Below, in pieces: positions 42,166-56,713 of a stretch of 64,000 nucleotides of DNA. Location of the stretch: NCBI GenBank assembly GCA_964016885.1, contig OZ024743.1:296794001-296858000 (forward strand), in the 5' to 3' direction. The notes under the pieces are model-generated. The model did no database searches and was not told the origin of the DNA. It saw only the letters and a list, made by a program, of their open reading frames with translations. The stretch is from Eledone cirrhosa (lineage: Eukaryota). The position numbers and the translations under genes are program-made. Positions within the stretch are counted from its first letter, which is position 1, and every line of letters starts with the position of its first letter.

Positions 42166-42302
42166 AAAAAGGTGCATGTATACTGAAGTATGTTGGTTGT
42201 GTGTGTGAATGTAGAATCTCAAAGTAGTGAATTTACTAACCTTTGTGTAGGTGTTGGTAGCCAGCCCTGTCCATCAGCAGGACTGGCTAATAGGTGTGTG
42301 TG

Positions 42303-42605
42303 CAGGGCCTGATATAATGGAGGGCAAAGGGGGAAATTGCTCTCCTCCCCCCTGCAGTGGGGATTCCCACCAACGACGGCCGTAGCAATTTATTTGTGCC
42401 CATTGCTGGGCTTTTTAGTTTTAGGATGGTTAGATTTAAAAAAAATTAATACCTGTTTGTATAACTTTTCAATCCCAATTACTTGCACCAAACTGACTTT
42501 GATATGTAAAATTGGGGGTTTGCTGTGTATTCTAATTTTTTGTGTATGTGTAGTCCCCCAAAACTTGAAGTACTCCAGGCCCTCAAATGTTTAAATTATT
42601 CCCTG
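42303..42605. mobile_element. Possible hAT-type MITE
   Basis: cagggc... / ...ccctg termini flanked by tgtgtgtg on both sides; TIRs are short and imperfect. Confidence 0.45.
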
Positions 42606-43549
42606 TGTGTGTGTGTGTTTGTTTGTGTGGCTACATCATGAACTGTCGAAGTGAGTAAAAGGGACTCTTCAGTTACGCCATGTTATGCACCTAATAACCT
42701 TTCTAATGCTGGCGACATGATAAAACGAATGCAGGACATTCTGTAAAGTGGTTGGCATTAAGAAGGACATCTAGCTATAAAACCCATGCGAAAATAGAAC
42801 CTATTTGAGAGAGATATGACCCATCAATCCATCTAGGAGGATTGTGGTTTTAATCGGGCACTGACTTGGTCTGCAACGACCAATTCACCACCATGGAAAA
42901 GCAGACGTAAAATAGTGAAGAAGATGATGAATTTAACAATATTTGTAACTATATTTTCATTTTGGTTTACTTTAACACAATCTGCTACTTTACAGAAAGT
43001 TTGAGCTACTTTTATGAGATTCATCTGACATCCCTTTTGCTAGTGCTATCGGCAATATTATTGTATGTGTGCCATGTACCAATGCCCTGTATGGATACGA
43101 CTATTATCAATAAAATAGCCCCCAAATGTGTGTTTGATATAATTGACCATCGTCATCATTTGACTGTCAGCTCCAGTCCTCCTCCATCCACTGCAGCTTT
43201 CATAATTTGTTGTAGGTTAACGTTCAGGTGATTAGCCTTGGACTTCAGTGGCATTTTGAAATCCTATGTGGAATTTGATCTCAGAATGCAAAGTGGTGGA
43301 AAAGATATCACAAGACACCTCGTCCGATGTTCTAACAATTTCACCAATCCACCCCCATGAACTGATACTCTATTTTATCAACCCCGAAAGAATAAAAAGC
43401 GAAGTTGATCCTGGCAACATTCGAACTTACAGTGCAGAGAGTTGGAACAAATACCATGAAATATTCTGTCTGACGCCCTAGTGACACTGCCAAGCCCCCT
43501 CCCTCAATAAAAAAAATGGTTGCTTTGTACCAATGTTAGAAATTATTGT

Positions 43550-44640
43550 TATTCGGTGGATTGGCAGTATCGGTAGAGGGTCGGACGCCATGCTTTGCGG
43601 CCCTTTATGATCTGAGTTCAAATCCCGCCGAGGTTAACTTTGCCTTTCATCCTTACAGGGTCGATAAAATAAAGTACCAGTCACGCACTAGGGTCGATTT
43701 AATCGACTTTCTTCGCCCCCAAAATTGCTGGCCTTGTGCCATTGTTATTAAGGGGCTAAGAAAGTGAGATGTATGGCAGAATCTGTAGAGAGGGACAAAA
43801 TACGTTATGCCATTTAATTAAGCTTGCTTACGTAAGTTCAAATCCTGCGGCGATTAGTTTTGTTATTCATTCTTGAAATGATGATGAAATTTGTACCAGT
43901 TAAATACTGAGGTCGATATAATTAACTGTTCTTTTCCCCACTAATAATTTTGATCTCGTGCAGAATGGCAGAATTGGTAGAGCGCCCAACTTTTTATGTG
44001 CTGAAGTCAACTTGTGGGATTGATAAAATAAGTACCAGCCAAATACGGGGATCGATATAATTGACTGCCCCCCCCCCCCCCCCCCAAAAAAAAATGTCTG
44101 GTTTTGTGCGGATTAGGTAGAGCGTTGGGCAGAATACTTTTCAATATCTAGTTATGGCTTTTTACATTGTAAGTTCTAATTCCACCAAGACCAGTTTTCT
44201 TTTTCATCCTTTAATGTCAATAAAAATCAGTGAAGTACAGGGCTAAATTACCCCCCCCCCCCAAAAAAAAAAAATTTCCCGGCTTTGTGCCAAAATTAAA
44301 AACAATTATTTTGCCTTTCATCCTGACGGGGTCGATAAAATAAAGCACCAGTAATGCACTGGGGTTAATTGCTGGCCTTGTGCCAAAAGTACAAACAATT
44401 ATTAAGAACGAGTAGATAAGGTGGTAGATTGGCAGTATCGGTAGAGCGTCGGACAACATGCTTTGCGGCATAGAGTTACGTCCATTTACGTTCTCAGTTC
44501 AAATTCCACCGAGGTTATCTTTACGTTTCATCTTTATGTGGTCGATAAAATAAAATACCAGTTGCGCACAGGGGTCGTTTAGTCGACTTTTCCCTTCCCC
44601 CAAATTGTTGGTTTTGCGACTAAATCAGCAATCATTAAGA
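43550..44640 (+). mobile_element. Cluster of head-to-tail tRNA-derived SINE copies of varying divergence
   Basis: At least five repeats of the ttcaaatcc...gataaaataaagtaccag body in the same orientation. Confidence 0.78.
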
Positions 44641-45201
44641 ACAATGAGGACGGCATCTACGTAGTTGATCTACATGCTTGAAATAGCCACTACAGCTACC
44701 TCAAATCACATCCTTCTTAAATAGACATTTTGCTTGAAAAAAAAAGAAAGAAAAAAAGAAAATGCAAGAGCAGGAATACGTTTGCTCATTGTTTTGCTGC
44801 TCAGAACTAAACCCGCACTAAACATCTACAGAAACATTTATTTGGCGATGTATGATAGCTAAGGCAAATTTAACCTCCTTACTGATTTATTTTTCTTTTA
44901 AAATTTCTCCGGATTATTATATTTGAAACAGGAAATTACGATTCTACATTCTTCCCACTCATAACGTTTTTTTTTTATTACCTTGTTTATATATTTAGAA
45001 AGTTTCTTTTGATTCCTACAACTGAAACATAGGAGATTGATTCCGCAAGAAACATTTTTTTTACACTATGGGTTGGGATTAGGTTTAGGTTTATCAAAAT
45101 TTGGCGAAGGGTGGAGGTGGGGGCGTTTAAAGTGAAAGAATCCGAAAAGATTTTTAAAAAAAAATTGTATTTATATATATATGAATTTTTTTTTTTTAAA
45201 T

Positions 45202-45248
45202 CTTCCTGATGATTTCTCCCGAATGAAACAGTTCTAGTCCTGTAGAAG
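45202..45248 (+). ncRNA. Type I hammerhead ribozyme (same family as 37966-38018)
   Basis: CUUC-CUGAUGA-UUUC UCCC GAAU-GAAA-CAG UUCUAGUC CUG-UA-GAAG. The downstream ~90 bp is homologous to 38019-38100. Confidence 0.82.
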
Positions 45249-46603
45249 CCATTTCTATATTAAGTATTTATAGTCTGCTATGTATTGAGTACCTTACTTA
45301 CTGTGCGGTTACCCCCGATTGAACCCGGGATAAACATATATGTATATATAGTGTATTTGGCAATAAACTATGCTTAATTAAAAGCATTTTGAAGACCTTA
45401 CGCTATTGTTTTAAAGTAGTGACTATGTCACTTCTTTTTTCAACAAACAATTCTAGAGCACCAATTCTAATATATATATATATTTAAAATAAAAAAAAGT
45501 TAAGGGTTGGGGGTTGTTGGTTAGGGACCCAAAACTGCCGAAATGAATCATTGAGCACAATTTCTGTTGTCGATTGAAACTTCAGTCCTCGTCACTTCAC
45601 CTGTTTCCTCTACTTGCTATCATTCTAAGGTTTCAAGTGATTATTTTTGCAATTGCACGAAACATTTATCACCACTACCATCGCTGTCGTCATCATTGTC
45701 AATGCGGTCTTTATTAGTTTGACTATTGTGACATTTGTAAGCTGTTCTACGACATTTCTATGGTTGGGCTTGCCTCAGCTATTTGTAACTTAATCTGTTT
45801 TTCCTTAACATGTATTTTTGTTTCTCGAACAGTCCAATCTTTTTTTCGTAATTATAGTTTCAGATTTTAACGTATTTTCTCTGCCAGTCAATCGCCATAT
45901 TCATACATAAGGTTTCATTTAATCACCTTGTTTTTTTTCTCAGTTTATCGATAACAAAGATAGTCACCAGTGCTGATAATGAATGAGGCTTAATCAGTGT
46001 ATCTATTTATATTTGTGTGCATCAATCTCTTTATGTGTGTATGTGCATCAATCTCTTTATGTGCATCAATCTATTTGAGTGTGCGCGCGCATCAATCCTT
46101 TGTGTGTGTATTACGTATTTATATCAGTATATATAATGAATAAACATATACACGGGGATGCTTCGCTTTAGATAGACAAGACGAGATCGAACAATTGATC
46201 TTCTGACACTATCTGCTTTTCGTAACTTTAATTATTTATTTATATTGTTTATTATTGAGGTGCTGACCTAAATGTATAAAATAGTGGACAATAAAATGAA
46301 AGGATCGTTTTTTTCTTCCTTTTAAGTCTCTATTAAGTATCACATATTTAACAGTCACCGTGCATAATTGAAATTGAGCAATCACTATGAAACTGGGTTG
46401 AGCATGTTAGACGACAAATGTGTGAAAATCGAATGGAACTTATGAATTGTTGAAATGACCGAAAGCAGAGATGAATTAACCATTAAACAAAATAAGCACT
46501 TACTTTCGGCATCAAAGGAAGAGGGACACCATTGTATTAAAACTAGGATGTTTTTCAACACGCTGACGCGTATGTGTATATGTGCATATGCATACGTTTA
46601 TAT

Positions 46604-47120
46604 GTCAGGTCGCTCTCGAGTGCTACTGGTAACATGTAATCTAGTACAACCTGTCTCATGGTCGGCGACTAAACAGGCAACCCCACCGAGCTTGCTTGGT
46701 AAGGAGGGTGATATTTGGACACTCTGCGGGATGAAATACAAGACCCGGCAAAGGGCGGGGCACTCAACAGCGTCAACGACCACCCAAATAGTACTTTTTT
46801 TATTTTTTACCTGGGAGTGAAATGTGTTGCGACAACAACACCTTTCTAAGAGGGGGAAACTCTGAAAAAAACCCCAAAAAACCTGCGGCCTTGGAAGCAT
46901 CCGATGATGTTGACCAGATCTCCTTTTCGGGTAGTGTTTTCGATGCTCAGAGAGTGAGATTGGTCGAGTGCAAGGCCTTTCCCCACTTAAAAGGACCTTC
47001 AAAGCATTGCTTGTTCAGGAAATGTTACAGGTTCGTGTGGCTGGCCATAGCCTAAAATTGCACTATTTTCTGTAATCTGACAAGCGATTGCAATACTCTT
47101 AGCAGAGTTTGCAGCCATTA
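46604..47120 (+). mobile_element. Internally deleted non-autonomous RTE-like element (second copy of the 32275-32880 type)
   Basis: Same 5' start GTCAGGTC, shared leader and internal block, same 3' terminus gagtttgcagcca. Confidence 0.6.
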
Positions 47121-47427
47121 TATGTATGAGTATATAAATATAAACGTGCTAACACAGACACACTTACAAAAATACACACTCAGATATACATTCATACATT
47201 CACACATACACACAATAGAACGCCAGCCACTATTTTGATATAGTTTTTTCACCACACCCTGCCTTCACACATACATTCACGCAGTCAGCAGACGTAAAGA
47301 GAGAGGAGTAGTATGAGGTAGTCAAACTACTCTTCTCTCTGTTTACGTGTTGTGTCAGAATCACAGAAATTTATATATAGATTTGATTTATTTGTCATTC
47401 CCCACGACCCACTTTCTTTGTAGTCTT

Positions 47428-47613
47428 TACAAGGGTCGGTTAAGGAGTTCATAGGTTGACGAAGATACTCTTGTTGAATGACCAAATGAAGTTTATTTTT
47501 CAACATGTCCCTGGAAAGCAACACTGAGAGTTCAAATTAATGCATGCAAGATTTCACAGCTCTAGCATCACATCTTCATAGCCAGTCTATGAACTTTTGA
47601 GCCCACCCTCATA
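47428..47613. mobile_element. Mariner-type MITE, diverged
   Basis: Imperfect TIRs tacaagggtcggttaaggagttcatag / ctatgaacttttgagcccaccctcata with TA ends. Confidence 0.5.
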
Positions 47614-47949
47614 TATATGGAGAAAAGGGCACCATAATTATTTAAGTGCTTGAGCCTTACCGATAAAAATGACTTGCTACGAATATCCAATCTGTAATAG
47701 AGTTTCTATCATCTTTGAGATTAACCTATATATATACGTATATATAAGTCGAGACATATGTGACAAAAAAAAAATAAAATCGAAGGTAAAATGAAGGGCG
47801 ACTTATATTCGAGGTCAATATTTTGCCGATTTTCACCAACGTCAAATTCTACGTAAATAAGCTGCTAAAATATTTGGAGTGATTATTTTACAACGAAACG
47901 CGTTTTCTCTACCTTTACTATATCGCCGTGAGTGTTATTTATGCATTCC

Positions 47950-49975
47950 TTTGAAAATATGATGTTGCACATTCAACGAAGCATGGTTGCTTCATTTGTC
48001 TTCAGTCTACGCATGTCTTCTGTAGTCACTGCCCATGTTTCACTACCATGCAGCATCGCACTTCGGACACAGACGTCATCAGTCGTTCTTTTGTACGTAG
48101 GGAGAAACCTTTTGTTGTCAACAGTGGAAGTAGCTCTCAAAACATCTTCCATCCTATCCTTATTCTAGCTATTATGCTCTCAGAGCACCCTCCGCCGCTG
48201 ATAATTAAGTCACCTAGATAACAGAAGCTGTCAACCATGTCTATTGACTCTTCCTGTGTCTTGAAAAGGTTTATATCACTGCAGCTCTTCCCTTTGATTT
48301 CTGTGCATTTTCTACATACAAAGTCTTCCCTTCCTGTTAGTCTACCCGTTATCCCACTGAATCTCGTATGTACACCATATGGAGATTATGCCTACTCCTT
48401 TTCTACATATGGAGTAGGGCCACTTCCCCGAGGGGATCAAGGTCGATCTTCTTACCGGCTCACTAGCACTTTAGTTTTGGTTAAGTTTACTTTCAGACCT
48501 TTTGATTCCAAATTCCGTTTCCACAGTCGGAACTTATTTTTTAGTTCTTTTATGAATTTGGCTATAAAGATCAAATCATCTGCATACAGAAGTTCCCGTA
48601 GACAGCCAGTTTTAAAATCCTTTATTATGGCCTAGAGAACTATAATGAACTCTTACATTGAGTTCCTCACTAAACTCACTTCCTACTCTTACTTTTCTGA
48701 CAGCTCCTATGCACATGGCTTGCCCTGCTCTCACAAGCCATTCTTCTACGCCTAATTTCTTTAAGGACCACCAGATAATGGACCAAGGTACTCCGTCAAA
48801 GGCTTTTTCTAGATAAAAAAAAAACTATAGTGGCTTATTCTTGATTAGGAACTGCTCTTGTAGTTGCCTCACTAAGAGGGCATCTCTAGTACTTTTCCCA
48901 GGCATGAAACTACATCTTGTCTAGTTGGAATCTTTCCCTAAATTAGTTGTGCTATAACTCTTTCTGTCACTTTCATAACTTAGTCCATTAGTTTTATTCC
49001 TCTATAGTTGCTCCTCTCTAGGGCATCATGTTTGCCTTTGTAACAATTGGCGATTGTACTGCTACACCAGTCATTGAGTACGACTCCGTCTTGTATTACC
49101 TGATTGACTATACGGGTTACTAATTCGACTCCTACTTCTCCCGATGTGTTTATCGTCTCAGCAAATATCTGACGGTTCCGCATTTTTACTATTTTTCATC
49201 TCTTCATTGCTTCTTTGACTCCATAACTGTCAACTTCAATAGTTGGTCCTTCTGTTGTGTAGGTTGGGAGGTAGTTTTTCTTCTTCCCATTCACTCGCTA
49301 CATTCATCAATCTCTCATAGTAAAATTTCTAGGCCTCTTTCTTTTGGGCATCAGTGGTGCTATGTGCACCAGCGTCATTTCGAACACATTTCCGCTCAAC
49401 AACATCTCGATTTACATTGACACACTGCCTTGCAAAGTGAAACACTTCACGCTTCTCGTCCTCATGTCTCAAGACATTGGCAAATTTTCTTTTTTCAGCT
49501 TCTCTCCGTGCTGTTTATACCTGTCGTCTAATTTCTCTCTTAGCTACCTGGTACTGGTCTCCGCTACCTCCATTTCTATCCACTGGGCTGTTCCACTACC
49601 AGGTCACCCTTAGTCTGACTAGTGTTTTACTCAAGCCACAAATCCCGTCAGTAGTTTGCAAAAGGTGTCATGTAGGAATTTCCAGTTGTCTTCTATGTTA
49701 TATCTACCCAACTCGTCACCCCTCTCATCCACTGTACCTTGTAGAGCCTTTCTAAACCTATATTTAACTGAAAGGTCATTTAGCTTCCAAACCATCCGTC
49801 TCCATATTTTCGTGCGTATCTTGTTCTGTCTTGTGTATATTTTGATGTCGCTAATAAACTAACTTGTGTTTGGCGGTGCATTCTTCCCCAGGGAGGCCTA
49901 AGTGTTTATGACCGTCAGTTTATCTCGTTGTCTTACAATAAGTAATCAATTTGGCTTGTGTGTTCACCTGATTTA
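47950..49975 (-). mobile_element. Old RTE LINE, ~2-kb degraded RT region
   Basis: Minus-strand remnants DWCSSTIANCYKGKHDALERSNYRGIKLMD, ELLYADDLIF and VDSFCYLGD, with many stops and frameshifts. Confidence 0.85.
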
Positions 49976-51214
49976 TATGAGAATTAGTAATAAAAAAGAG
50001 CTAGAGAGACAAGTAATAATAATTTAAAAATTACCGAAAATTGTATGTTTATCTATTTTGCTCTGATATCTAGTTTCCATTGTTTCAGTTATTTAGATCA
50101 TTGAAATTAACTGTTACACTCACAAACTGTTATTTCAAACACAAAAACAAAACCGACTTCTGGCATAATTGATCTTCAGTAGCAGACAGTTACAATCCTT
50201 CTCCACCCATTGCAGCTTTGATAATCAATTATGGTCCCGTGTCCATCAGTGGGATTTGTACGCAGAATACAGTCAGAGCAGATATCGCAAAGCCTCTCGC
50301 CAGACGTTCTCACAATTCCTCTGTGGATCAGTACTTTATTTTATTGATTCAGAATTGACGAAAGGCGAAGATTTGAATTCCGAGTGCAGAGAACCGGAAC
50401 AAATATCACAAGATATTCTTTCCAAGAGCCTGTGGCAGTTGAGACTTCCGGTGTTCTAGATACCCATCTCCCCCATCACTGAACACATCTCGCTTCACTG
50501 CTATCGGAGCGCAGTTGGCTACCACCAAATGTAATCCCCATAAGCTGGAACGGTTGTTCCAGCGCTTTTCCCTTGTTATCCTCGAGACCTCGAGGCGAAG
50601 TGACCCCTACGTTTCATTTATGGTGGTGGCATGTGGAATAAATGTATATACAAAATAGAGTAGGGTTTAATTTCATGGATATTTCACTGCTATTTCTACC
50701 ACACAGTGACTATGTGGTAGGTGCTCTCATTGACTCATATATATAAACTTTCTCTATTGATGTGAAGACAAAATCCAAATGAAAGTTACATCCAAACGTT
50801 TCTGCCAATTCACCGCCTTTATTTGACACCGCATCATATATGTAAAACGGCAGTTAAACGATGCTTCAAGCTGTGGCCATTCTGTCCTCCTTACTTTAAA
50901 GGATTGAAATGATTTCTCTGCTATATTTCGAAGAATTATGATAAAAACACTTACAAACACACTAATAGCTTTACAGTTGGATGTTGACTATAAGATTTTA
51001 ACGTGAAAATTACTGAAATTAATAATTACATTGGCGGAGAAACCTAGCAGATATGAAAACCACACACGTTTACATTCACTTTGGTAAAACTGGAAAATTG
51101 TGGCGTAGTTGAACGTGAAACCAACGAATGTAAGAAAATAACTTAACTTTCTTGAATTAGCCAAACGAATAAGTTTCATGTTAGTGTAAAATGTTATATT
51201 CCCCACCCTCTATT

Positions 51215-51392
51215 ATTGGCAGTAGAAGGTTGGACGCCATGCTTTGCAGCATAGTTATGGCCCTTTACGGTCCGAGTTCAAATCCCGCCGGAGTTTGCTT
51301 TGCCTTTCATCCTTACGGGGTTCATAAAATAAAGTACCAGTAATGCACTGGGATAATCGCTGGCCTTGTGCCGAAAGTAGAAACAATTATTA
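51215..51392 (+). mobile_element. tRNA-derived SINE
   Basis: Same family body and (ATT)n tail. Confidence 0.8.
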
Positions 51393-52635
51393 TTTCTTTT
51401 GTTACGCTATGTAGATAGAAAATGCAATTGCTTTTACGAGAAAATATTGTTCGTCCTCAAATTATGAGTAAATTCTTTTGGTTGTTTGTTCTATTTATTT
51501 TGCGTCGTATATATGTAATGAAGTATTGTATATATTATTTGAGTGTATGTCTATATATTATTTGAGTGTATGTCTATATATGTCTATATATTATTTGAGT
51601 GTATGTCTATATATTATTTGAGTGTATGTCTATCACTTATAAAGACAGTGAATTGGTAGAGTCGTTGCGGTATTCGTTGTGGTTCTCTCTTCTATGAGGT
51701 CAAATTTGCCTTTCATCCTTTCGAGATCAGTCTAGTACTGGAGTAGATTCTTCCTCGATATCTTTTTCTCACTTTCTATCTTTCTTTGGAGGAACTCTGT
51801 TGTATTGATCTAACGGTTCCTGTTACAGCAACTTGGATACTGGGTTGAGATGGTGGTGTGTCGTGGTGTTAATTCGGTTGTTGTGTGCTCACTTGAATTG
51901 CTCACCGTTGTGTAGAATGTAGGCGAAATAAGATTGGTGTACCTGATACAGTGTGACCAGAGAATGTTGGTATGTAAGTAAGTGAGTGTTCATTATGATG
52001 ATGATGAATTCTTGGGTAAGTGATTTAAAAATAAAATTTATCGACCACAATAAGACAACGCCGCTATGTTACTAATTTATTAAATATAACTTTCGTCGAA
52101 GTTATAGGACAATCCATGAAGAACAGATAACCACAGTTGAATTGTGTGATGATGTGTATCAGGTATGATGTATATGCGTGTTTGCTTGCAAAAGTATTAT
52201 TAAAAATGTATTTACGAAACTTGTGTTGATGCAATGAATTTCGTTGGTCTGGCAGCGAGAGAGAGAGAGAGACCCAAAGGGGTCTGTATGTGAGACACTG
52301 ACATTGACCACTACATCATAGCTGGTCGGTAGGAACTCGGAAAGAAACTGTCACCATTCACTGGGAGCAGCTTTGGTCCTATGAAAGTGTCATCTAAAAA
52401 AAATCTCTAGTTGGCCAGTTTCTCTAGACTAACTGGCGTCAGTTTGAGACAAAGAAAAACTAAACATCTTTATACTACAAGATCAGCATGTGGTCACACT
52501 GACTTAGCCAATATCGGCACAAGAGTCCAAATTACTGTTACATTCGGACTTTGAGAGGGATGGGCCCCGCTCAAAATACGCAGTATGTCAAGAAGGCGTT
52601 CCTTCAACTCCCCCGGAAATTACTGGACCATACCA

Positions 52636-53086
52636 TATCTCCTTATAATATATAACCAGCAATTTCTCTGTTTGTCTGTCTGTCCGACAGTGGAAACACG
52701 TGCGCGCGTGCGAATGTTTTTTGCGCACGCGTAAGGAGAGAGTGAGAGTGAAAGAAAGAGACAGACTACGAGAGGGTGATAGCGGGAGGGAGAGAGAGTG
52801 AATAGACGCGAAAACACGTGCGCGCGTGCGAATGTTTTTTGCGCACGCGTAGAGAGAGTGAGAGTGAAAGAAAGAGACAGACTACAAGAGGGGGATAGCG
52901 GGAGGGAGAGAGGGGGGAATTGAGGAGTGCTACAGAAACATATATACATTTCTGTGTGTGTGTAATATATATACACACATAGAAATATATATATATACAC
53001 ACAGAAATATATATACATTTCTGTGTGTGTAATATATATATATATATATATATACACACAGAAATATATATACATTTCTGTGTGTG

Positions 53087-53131
<45 letters not shown>

Positions 53132-53213
53132 GAAATATATATACATTTCTGTGTGTGTAATATATATATATATATACTAGCAGAAAACCACCCGATGGGC
53201 GGTTTTCTGTTAG
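52636..53213 (+). mobile_element. Non-autonomous Helitron-like element with internal ~120-bp duplication and palindromic minisatellite
   Basis: TC start + (ctgt)n. Two copies of aaacacgtgcgcgcgtgcgaatg..., then an (acagaaatatatatacatttctgtgt)n array at 52932-53175, and a terminal hairpin ctagcagaaaacc...ggttttctgttag. Confidence 0.5.
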
Positions 53214-53890
53214 TCTATATATATATAAAACTGAGGATGTCTGTGTGTGTGAGTTTGAATCCCTAAAACTAGAGAAACACCCAACCGACTGTTTTCAAAC
53301 TTTACACATATAATACTTATGTTTCAGGGAGTGTTCTGAGCAAAAGAAATTTCAAATTTTCAATGCTCTAGGGACCGCATTAGACGATTTACCGATCTCT
53401 CTCTCTAATTCTTAGTCTTTCTCTTTTTAGATAGATTCATACATATAACGTCACGCCCTTATAATATGTCTACATTACGTCACTTTCTACAATTCGCTCT
53501 ACGTCCAGAACGCGCCCTTATAATTGTTTCTATATTTGGCACAAGGCCAGGAATTATCCCAGTGCATTACTGGTACTTTATTTTATCGACCCCGTAAGGA
53601 TGAAAAGCAAAGTTAACCTCGGCGGGATTTGAACGCGCCCTTATAATATCTGTCTGTATGTCTTGCTGTCTGCTGCCTCCGGTTATTCTGCCGCCCTTGC
53701 TCAAGACAAATCTCACACAGTTGGTATGTGCACACATCTTCCTCACGTTTTAAGCCACAGTGTTGCTTACTTACGTACCACCAGACCGTTACTTCTTTGC
53801 CAGCCGTGGTTGTGGCAATACTAAGCTTAGCTAAGGCGGTTATATATTTCACAATACCTTATCCCGTGCAACGCCGGGTACCACTGCTAG
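53214..53890 (+). mobile_element. Non-autonomous Helitron
   Basis: 5' TCTATATATATAAAA; 3' hairpin cccgtgcaacgccggg followed by CTAG|T. Confidence 0.78.
53525..53630 (-). mobile_element. 5'-truncated SINE inserted in the Helitron, with TSD
   Basis: Flanked by direct repeat gaacgcgcccttataat (53508-53524, 53631-53647). Confidence 0.8.
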
Positions 53891-54631
53891 TCACTTATAA
53901 ATGAAACATCTCAAATGATCTTTAATATCTGGTAGTTGTTTTTAATTAAACTGTGGAGTTTTCATGGAATCAGCTAGCATACTAATCGTAATAAACTTTC
54001 ACATTGGTAGACATAGACTCGAAACTGTAGTTATGCCCTGTCGTTATTGTCCCCCTCCTGTTGATTAATTAAACAAAAAATATATATTAAAAAATTGGCT
54101 AAAAATTATATTTCCAAGATTTTTGTTTGAAATGACTAAATATAACTATTTTCCAAATCTATGTTTGTTAAACAACAAAAAACACTATAAAAATATTATG
54201 CAATTTTGGTGCTGATCTCGGTTTTTGTTGTTAAACCTACATCGCTTCACTTCACTCAGGTCTTTATTTACATTGAAGTAGGGTATTACACCTATCTTTT
54301 ATGGTTTCAAAGAACTATCTAGTACTGCAAATTCATTTATAAATGAAAAACTGGGTCATCAAGCGTACTTGATTGAGTTGCTCAGACATAATAGGAAAAA
54401 TGAAGAAAGAAAGAAAAAGAATAGTTTAAAGAAAGAATATTTATTTAATCCTACACTTATGACCTTTACATTAATTTTCTGTAAATATTTTAGAATGACT
54501 GTCTTTGTTTCCAACCATCGTTGTTTTTGGTGTTGGTCAATGAGTTTAATGACTATACAAGTTATACGAGGGAACCTTCTAATATAGTTTAAAGTCGGTC
54601 TTCTCACTGACCAGTTGATTATTAATTATAT

Positions 54632-54779
54632 CTAGACCATCCGTGACCCGTTTGGTCACGTTCACTTAAGAATATATTTTAAAAAATCATGTTCACTAAA
54701 ATTAATTTTTAGATAATTAAAATATACACAGACATGTATATAACGTGAAATGAAACTGGAAAGCCCCATATATATACGC

Positions 54780-54820
<41 letters not shown>

Positions 54821-55195
54821 GGTGTCTGTGATCTATATACACTGGTCATAGACACACACATATATATACACACACACTTTCACATATATCACACGATCAG
54901 CTCTCTCTCTCCCATTCTCCTTCTCTCTCTCTTTCTTCCAATCTACTCTCTCAGAACCACTCTCTCTCTCTCTCTCTATCCTTCCCCCTCTCTCTCTGTT
55001 TATGAAGGTACCCGGAAAAACCACATATCTCGGGAACGTAATATCTTCGATTTACGCGAAACCTGTTTTATTCCATTTGTATTCGCATTTCAAGGTCAAC
55101 TTCCTTTCAAAGTATTTTCCCATTATGCGCCGTTTTGGCTGTATTACATTACAGACAAGCAAGCAATCACAGAGTTTTAGTAGTATATAGATAGA
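54632..55195 (-). mobile_element. Non-autonomous Helitron
   Basis: Minus strand starts TCTATCTATATACTACTAAAA and ends with hairpin cgtgacc-aaac-gggtcacg + CTAG. Its 5' ~200 bp is repeated at 57735-57926. Confidence 0.7.
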
Positions 55196-55379
55196 TTCAA
55201 ACCAAACACCACCGACAACACCACATATTTTAAACTTCTGTCAAATAATTCAACAAAAGCACACCACCAAAAAAGGAAAGATCTCCCCCACACCCCAGGT
55301 GTTCAAAAGGTGGGGAGGGGATGGAGAACTTTGTCGTCCTTTACAGATGTAAACATTTGTGATTTCAAAGTAAAAAAAA

Positions 55380-56570
55380 TATTGTAGTGGGATATAGAGA
55401 GGGGGAGGGAATTTGGTGGTCTAATGAGAGAAAGGGAATTGTGAGAGAGTGAGGTCTGTAGTAGGATATACAGAGTGGGAGAGAATTTATTGGTTTAGTG
55501 GGAGAGAATGGGGTATGTAGTGGAATATATAGAGAGGGAGAGAATGTGTTGCTCTAGTGAGAGAGGGAGGTATGTAGTGGGATATAGAGAGGGTGAGAGA
55601 ATTTGGTGGTCTTGTGAGAGAGGGGGAATTATGAGAGAGTGAGGTAAGTAGTGGGATATAGAGATGGGGAGATAGATTGGTGGGCTAGTGAGAGAGGGGG
55701 GAATTGAAAGAGTTAGGTATGTAGTGGTATATAGAGAGGGGGAGAGAATGAGGTATGTAGTACGATATCGAAACGGGCAGATTGATTGGTAGTTTAGTGA
55801 GCGAGTGAAGTATGTAGTGGTATAGAGTAAGAGTTTGTTGGTTTAGTGAGAGTGAGGTATAGCGAGTGGGAGAGAATATGTTGGTCTAGTGAGAGAGGGA
55901 TAATTGTGAGAGTGAGATATGTAGTGGCTTATAGAGAGTGGGAGAGTTTATTGGTCTGGTGAGAGAGGAGGTATTGTGAGAGTGAGGCTTGTAGTGGAAT
56001 ATAGTGAGGGGTAGAGAATTTGATGGTCTAGTGAGAGAGGGGGAATTGTGAGAGTGAGATATATAATGGGTTATAGAAAGGGAGAGAGAGTTTATTGGCC
56101 TGGAGATGGGGGGTGGGGTATTGTGGGAGTGAGAGAGAGTGAGGTATGTAGTGGAATATAGTGAGGAGTGTTTAGTGGTCTAGTGAGAGGGGGAATAGTA
56201 AGAGAGAAATGGGGAATTGTGAGATAGATGGGGAGAGAGTTTATTGGCCTGGTGAGAGAGGGGGTATGTAGTGGAATATAGTGAGGGGAGAGAATTTGGT
56301 GGTCTAGTGAGGAAGGGGGAATTCTGAGAGAGAGTGAAGTATGTAGTGGGATATAGAGGGTGGCAGAGAGTTTTGTGGTTTATTGAGAGAAAGGGAAGTG
56401 AGAGAGTGAGGTATGTAGTCGGATTTAGTGAGCAGGAGAGTTTGGTGGTTTAGTGAGAGAGGGAGACTGGGTCTACTGAGAGAGATTGAGGCATCTAGTG
56501 GTATATATATATATATAGGGTGAGATAGGTATAATTTTAGTGAGAGGGGGTAATATTTTGAGAGAGAGTG
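55380..56570. repeat. Purine-rich minisatellite, ~55-75-bp unit (gaggtatgtagtgggatatagagagggggagagaatttggtggtctagtgagag)
   Basis: More than 12 diverged tandem units. Confidence 0.85.
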
Positions 56571-56660
56571 ACAAAATCATTGTATGAGGGAAGACAAATG
56601 TTTTAATATTGGGTTTCACAGTAAAGTGGCTGAGTATATGAGTTTGTGTTTATATATATT

Positions 56661-56713
<53 letters not shown>

